In this document: positions 56,403-62,099 of the stretch, one piece after another | Position numbering within the stretch: position 1 is the stretch's first letter | How the letters are laid out: each line of letters starts with the position of its first letter | Source of the DNA: Neolecta irregularis DAH-3 | Lineage: Eukaryota | Direction of reading: 5' to 3' | Length of the DNA stretch: 62,099 nucleotides | Assembly: GCA_001929475.1 (NCBI GenBank) | Contig: LXFE01000309.1 | Location: forward strand, 1 to 62,099 | The notes under the pieces: model-generated | Seen by the model: the letters and a program-made list of their open reading frames with translations, nothing else | The model's database searches: none | Told to the model about the DNA's origin: nothing | Position numbers and translations under genes: made by a program

Positions 56403-59068
56403 CTACATTAGCAAACAGTTACTTTTCCCTGCAGAAACGTGCTTTTCAAGTTCTTCCTTTTGTATCTGGTTTGTAGTTTCTAACGTTGAGACTTGCGATT
56501 CAAGTTTGCTGATTTCTTCTTGCGAAGCAGCCAGCTTGGAAACTGCATCCTGAAGGTCATTCTAGTATGTCAGTAGTTTCGATAGAATCAAGCCCGCCAA
56601 CATACGTGAGCTTTCTTCGTTTCTCTTCTAATAACCTCCATCACATCAGCAGCTTTCGCTCCTTTTTCTAGTTGATCATTCAGAGTCTTGTGATTAGCTA
56701 ATTGCTGTAGATATAAAACATACAGCTTCAATATCATTAACACTGCTTTCCAGCTTATTGATCTTGGCTATGTAGACTTGTTTTGATGTTTCAAGAGAAG
56801 AGATTTCTGCTTTTAGCTCTTTCAACTCAAGTTCGTATGTCTGCTTCAACGAATCCAGTTCTTTTTGACTTTCAGACCGAACCATTTGCGTGTTCTCGAT
56901 ACGAAGACGTGCAATTTGTTCCTCAGCTTCAGATCGAGCAATCAACGCGCCTTCCTTTCGAGCTTCCTCGACTGTTTCGGCCCGACTATCCCTTTCTGCG
57001 GCCAACTCCTGGTAGAGAGCATCGTGCTTATTTCGAAGAACCGCCAGTTCGTTTTCGTGATCCTTTTCAACGGTTCTGGCAACTTCTTCAAGATCATTGT
57101 CGTGTTCAGCTTTAACAGCAGCCAATTCATAGTTAAATTTAGCTACAAGATCATTCTATATTTAGCAGGAAATCCAGATAATTCTAACCTCGAGAGTCGC
57201 TTCAAGTTCATTTAGATGTTCCTCATGTTCGGACGCGAGGCGAGAAATTTCACTAGTTAATTGTATTATCATGTCCTAAACGTCAGTAATGGATCGCAGA
57301 GTTGTATAATTTACTTCAAGCTCTTTTTTATCTTGCTTATTTTGATCTCGAATATCAGCCGCTTCAGATTTTGTTTCCACAAGCTGCGCCTGAAGGCCTT
57401 CGATCTCACTACCCTTTGAATTGATGATCGTGCGAAATTCTTCGGTTTTCTCCTGTAAAATGTCAGACCGTCCAAAATCCAGATGATTACATCCAGCTCA
57501 CGGCAAAGAGCCGCATTCCGTTCGTGTGAACTTTGTAGTTGGGCCTCAAACTCGGCCTTTTGATCGGCAATTAAGTCTTGCGCTTCCCGCTCCTTGGTAT
57601 CATTCAAGTTCTACTATAAGAAATCTCCAGACATGAGCGCCTACATGCAGTTCATCTTTTAAGCTTTTGAGAACTCCGTAGAGACCGTCCATTTCGCGAT
57701 CTTTAGCTTCAAGGGATCTCTCTGCTTCGCCTTTGATCCTGTGGAGCTCTTCGTCTGAGCGAGAGACCTTTTGCCGCACTTGTTCAAGCTCGACCTTGAG
57801 ACGGTCGATTTCTTCCATGGACGATGAACCTTCACCATTGACTCTTTCATCATTATGTTCAGCTTTTGATGTAAAGTGTGCAAGTTTTTCATTTGACGAG
57901 TCCAATTCTTGTTTTAGGCGTTGGAACTCTTGTTCGCGCGATGCGATCTCTCTTTCGGATGCTGCTTTTGTGTTCTCAACTTCCAGAGTTGCGTCCTTGA
58001 TGTTGTCTTCAGCAGCCCGAATGAGCTTTTCAAGTTGTTCGATCTTCAATTCATGCTCTGCAATTTTTAATGCACTGGCATCCTTTTCCTTGATGAGTTC
58101 AGCAAATCTAATCGACCCATCCTGACAATCAGCAATATTCATGAGACTGTTTCACATTCACTCCGTTTTCAGAGATCGCTGTAGAGACGGCAGAACTAAG
58201 CTTTTCTAATTCGGTTTTATGTGCTTCTTCCATCAAACGGAGATCTTGCTGGTGCCGAACTTTTAGCTGGGCGACTTCGTCCAAATGGTCGGTTGGAATA
58301 TCAAAATTGACGCAGGATTCTTCAATAATTGTGCCTTTCAACCCGGATATCTTGCTCTCAAGTTCCTTGTTCTATTGGATCAGACCAAGTTCTGCGTGCA
58401 GACATACTCTGGCTCTAAGCCCTGCAAGTTCACTTTTAAGGCGTTCCAGTTCGTCCTTGGGCTTTCCCATGCGCAGTGAGGTCGTTCTTCCTAATCCAAC
58501 GGTGGATGCGACGGGACGACCACCAGTGCTAGTAGGCCGTGTTGCTGTTTTAGTGACTACTGGAGGTTTAGTTACGGTCTTATTGGACGACGAAGATTTC
58601 TGTGAGAGAGAAGAATTAGGTCTGCCGGACGTAGATTTGGTGGGACTGAGAAGGGACACCGGTACAGAAGCTCGCCGTTTCTCATCTGTCGAAGGCTTCG
58701 CGGCGATATTCTTTGGAACAACTGAATGGCGTTTAATTGGAGACGGCGGGGTCTTTGTGGTGGTCATCTCCTTCTTGGGGGCGCCTAAAAAAGTTGAGTA
58801 TATTGAAATACAAGGAGGCGAGACTTGTTTTTGAGGTCGTTTTTGTAGTGGTAGCGATTGGGTTGGGACGTTTAGGAGCCGGTTTGTTCTCCTTTTCTAC
58901 TTCTTCGTCGGATATCGCGGCCTTTAGAGTTCCTTTTGATTGATCCGTGGGTTTCTGAGCAGCAAAAGATGAGTCTCTGCTTGCCTGGGATGAAGCAGGG
59001 GTAGGGCTGGAGGACTGTTCCACGCTGTTTCCGCTGAATTTCTGGATTCTCTCCCTTACTGAAGCCAT
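56403..59068 (-). CDS. Multi-exon protein with S/T/P-rich basic N-terminus and long acidic coiled coil, function unknown
   Basis: ORFs 58733-59068, 58372-58767, 58129-58341, 57600-58142, 57311-57607 and 56694-57125 can be joined by short introns. The 3' end is uncertain. Confidence 0.65.
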
Positions 59069-59430
59069 TTATCGAGCGATCCGCCAAGGACTGAGCGAGA
59101 CAATGGGAGGTCTATGCGATAAGGAGTGAAAAGTGGGAAACAGGGTATGACAAGACGCGTGGATCCAACTACGAAGGGGTTTCACCGCACATGCCTCGCG
59201 GTAGCACCACCGATCACACACCACCAAAGAAACCCGGCTTTATAGTCCAGAGGAAAAGGATGAATGCATAGAAGAACAAATGAAATTCCATTTGAGCCGC
59301 GCAGGTTGAATATTTTCCTATTTAGTAGCTGGCTTGGGTCATGTACCCCTAATTGCTGAAATCTCTCCTTCTCTTTCCCCAATACTCGCAGTCCTCAGCA
59401 CGGGTCCTATCAAATGCACAGGAGAAGATC

Positions 59431-60932
59431 ATGAGACCTGCGAATGTACCCCGAAAACGCTCTGCTTCCCTTACGTTCCCTGCTCTCAGTCTTGTCCAAC
59501 CTCCAAACTACATTTGTCTTCTTCCACCCATTTTTACTCCAAATATCGCCAGTTTCAGACCCTCCACGTCGCTGGCCTGGTTTCGTATCTCTTTCCCATT
59601 TTCATTTTCAGCTTGTTTTTTATTTTATTTATTTATCTTCTGGTTCGTTCTTCTCTTGTGGGGCGAAGGATGGGGGTTTTCCTTGGCTGTTCAGCGTTGC
59701 GAGTGGGAAAGGTGGGAGTCCTGGGTATATTTTGCTCCTGCTCCTGCAGCTAATTTCAAGAATTCGGATGCTATTCCTCATCGTCTCGTGATAATTGCAG
59801 ATCCTCAGATTGTTGACGAAAGTTCGTACCCGAATAGATCGAGGCTACTATTGCATTTAACAAAGCTATATTCAGACGTTTATATGCGTCGAAGTTTTGA
59901 AAGACTGCGGTCACACCTACTCCCCGAAACGGTAATATTCGTTGGCGATAATATGGACGGTGGGCGATCAATTACTCTGGATCAGTACTACTCCTCTTTT
60001 GAACGTTTCGATAAAATCTTCCCTCCAAGGCAAGACTATAGACTCCTCAATAATATCCCCGGAAATCACGATATCGGATTCGGCGAAGACGTCATTGAGG
60101 AATCCTTGATACGATTTGAGAAGTTTTTTGGTATGGGGAGTGAAATGCACATCGTTGGGAATCATTCAATGGTAATGCTCGATACAATCAGCATGTCGAA
60201 CGAGTCTAAAAAAACTATATACGGTCCCGCTTGGGAATACTTTGAGCATATGGCTAATCTATGTATACCCAAACTCTCCTGTTTCACTGACAAAAGCAAC
60301 GCCATATCCTCGAATTCTTTTCCATCATGTCCCTTTATACAGAGTTCCAGAATCTCCATGTGGTCCTTTTCGCGAAAGGCTCGAAAGGATGTCGTCTATT
60401 TTAATTCAAAAGGGTTATCAGTATCAAAATGTCTTGATGCCAGAGCTGTCAACGACATTGCTACAGCGCTTACAACCCGTGGCCGTGTTTAGTGGTGACG
60501 ATCATGATTATTGCGTATTTGATCATCTTGTGGATGGAAAATCATACACTGAATGGACTTTGAAAAGCTTCTCTTGGGTTCAGGTATGTTCGACCTGTTC
60601 TTGTTTTGACAATCAAGGGAGTCCGACGACCAGCATTTCAAATGCTGTCTTTATGGAACCCACCAGATCGTGATTCTTCAGCCTCTTCTTTCCAGACACA
60701 TCTCTGTTTATTGCCAGACCAGATGTTCATTTTCACAGTTTACGTTGTATCCGCCTTGGCTTCAGTATTGGGTCTATTTCTTGTTTGGAGATTCCGGTCA
60801 GGGATGCCGGTAGGCCTTCCGGTGTCTACCAGAGATCGGTATTCCCCTAAAACGGGCGTCCCGTTTTTAATAATGTCGAGCACATGCATTTTCAGTGTGT
60901 GTTGCTTGTATGTCTACCTATTTACACTTTAA
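59431..60932 (+). CDS. CDC1: Cdc1/MPPE1-like metallophosphoesterase (GPI remodelling)
   Basis: IADPQ, YSDVYMRR, GDNMDGG, PGNHDIG, HHVPLY, GYQYQNVL, FSGDDHDYC, KSFSW; N- and C-terminal TM segments. Confidence 0.88.
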
Positions 60933-60952
60933 ATAGACCTGGCTTTCTACCT

Positions 60953-62099
60953 TTATTCTTTTGTGGAGTGAGACTGTGACATTGCTTCCGAAAAAGTTGG
61001 TGGGGGTAATTTCTTGGACGGTTCTAGAATTTGAAATGGAAAAAGGGAGGGGCCAAAAGGAAAGTGCTGAACTACTGGAAACTTTGAGAGTACTTCGGCA
61101 TTATACATTTTGTTCAAGCCCTGTGGGTTGATCAGGTTTAGTGTAGTAGTAGCGTACCTGGTTGATCTTGTCCCAATTTGGAATCCCCGAGATGTCATAT
61201 AGAATTGGTGAATGTTCATAAAAGGGACCACGTTTGACCTGGCGTTGGTCGCGTGTTTATGAGGGGCATACATCGTTTATAAAACCAATTGCTCCGAAAT
61301 AAAGATTATTGTGTCTCTCCCGTTCAACGATTTTGGCGTTGGTGATATCTGCCGGAGATACAGAGGAGCTTTGTTGACGCAGTTGACTGGACCCGAACAA
61401 GTAAGGAATGAATGAATGATCGTCGAGTCCCCACACGCCATGGCTCCCTGCAGGTTCCAAGGTGTATGTACGCAAGATATTCCGAATGAGCTGGAAATAC
61501 CTACAGATGAGCAACTTGTTGGCCAGTAAAAACTTTTCAAACACTCTCAAAGCGACTGCCAAATCGTCACTTCCGGGAGTGAGGATCTGAAGCATGTAGA
61601 GTGCGCAGAGAAAAGCGCAAAATGAGAGTTCGTGGCCGGTTCCATAATCTAATCGCTGAGCGGAACCAAAAGCTCCTACGAGATATGGCGAGAGTTCTAT
61701 GACTGCTGGTTCCACTTGATGTGAAAGGTGCTTTAGCAGTAAAGTTGAAGCATTCTTTTTGTCAGAGAGTGGGAAGAGGAGGGATTACATCAGACAAACG
61801 TTGCATCCACTTTCTAAAGGCAATATTTCCAAATCGTCTGGGTCCAGTATCTAGAGGAATCTCTTGAATCCATGATCCTGCTTCATCCAAAAGATCGAGA
61901 AGGCCTTGAACGTGTTGGCTGACTACCACTGATTCGTCGTTGATCGTGTGGTGCGGAACAGCGTCGTTAATCAAGCGAATAAATCCTGCGAGTCTTGCAA
62001 AAGCCACGGATCTGTGGAAATTTAAAACATCTGGTTCATTGTGTATCTTTTTCACTGGTTGTGCAAAAGCAGAGGTGAGTGATACGGTGGGGAAGAGAA
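60953..62099 (-). CDS. RRD1: PP2A phosphatase activator (PTPA) Rrd1/Ypa1, 5' end outside the window
   Basis: [63 protein letters not shown]. Confidence 0.92.

Overview
Eukaryotic, fungal (ascomycete-type) genomic DNA. It is very gene-dense, with about 30 protein-coding genes interrupted by many tiny introns (mostly about 31-50 nt), so the supplied ORF track is fragmentary. Compactness, tiny introns and gene content suggest an early-diverging ascomycete (Taphrinomycotina, Neolecta-like); this is inference only. Recognisable genes: Taz1-like telobox Myb protein, Ego1/LAMTOR1, NOT4, PRP5, SVIP-like, Zap1-like C2H2 factor, VPS26, gluconokinase, DUF2433/RRM protein, SAM synthetase, GPN3, two Hst4-type sirtuins flanking a CYP52-like P450, Pol X (Pol4/lambda), Rsc7/Swp82, PGK1, SEM1, ATG13, mitochondrial LeuRS, RPL35, GOS1, ATP10, BUD22, CDC1 and RRD1 (partial). 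There are also two long coiled-coil genes, an orphan 7TM protein and one small orphan. I found no rRNA, tRNA, CRISPR array or transposon. The most notable signals are: (i) unusually permissive splicing (about 11 GC-AG introns with degenerate donors, GAG acceptors, and one apparently GT-TG intron completing a zinc finger); (ii) a Taz1-like Myb domain; (iii) an uncharacterised GPCR-like 7TM protein with a Leu-Trp-repeat tail; (iv) probable short/long NOT4 isoforms through a 27-nt exon; (v) a sirtuin-P450-sirtuin duplication. All exon models were traced by eye, and all homology calls rest on remembered motifs rather than searches.
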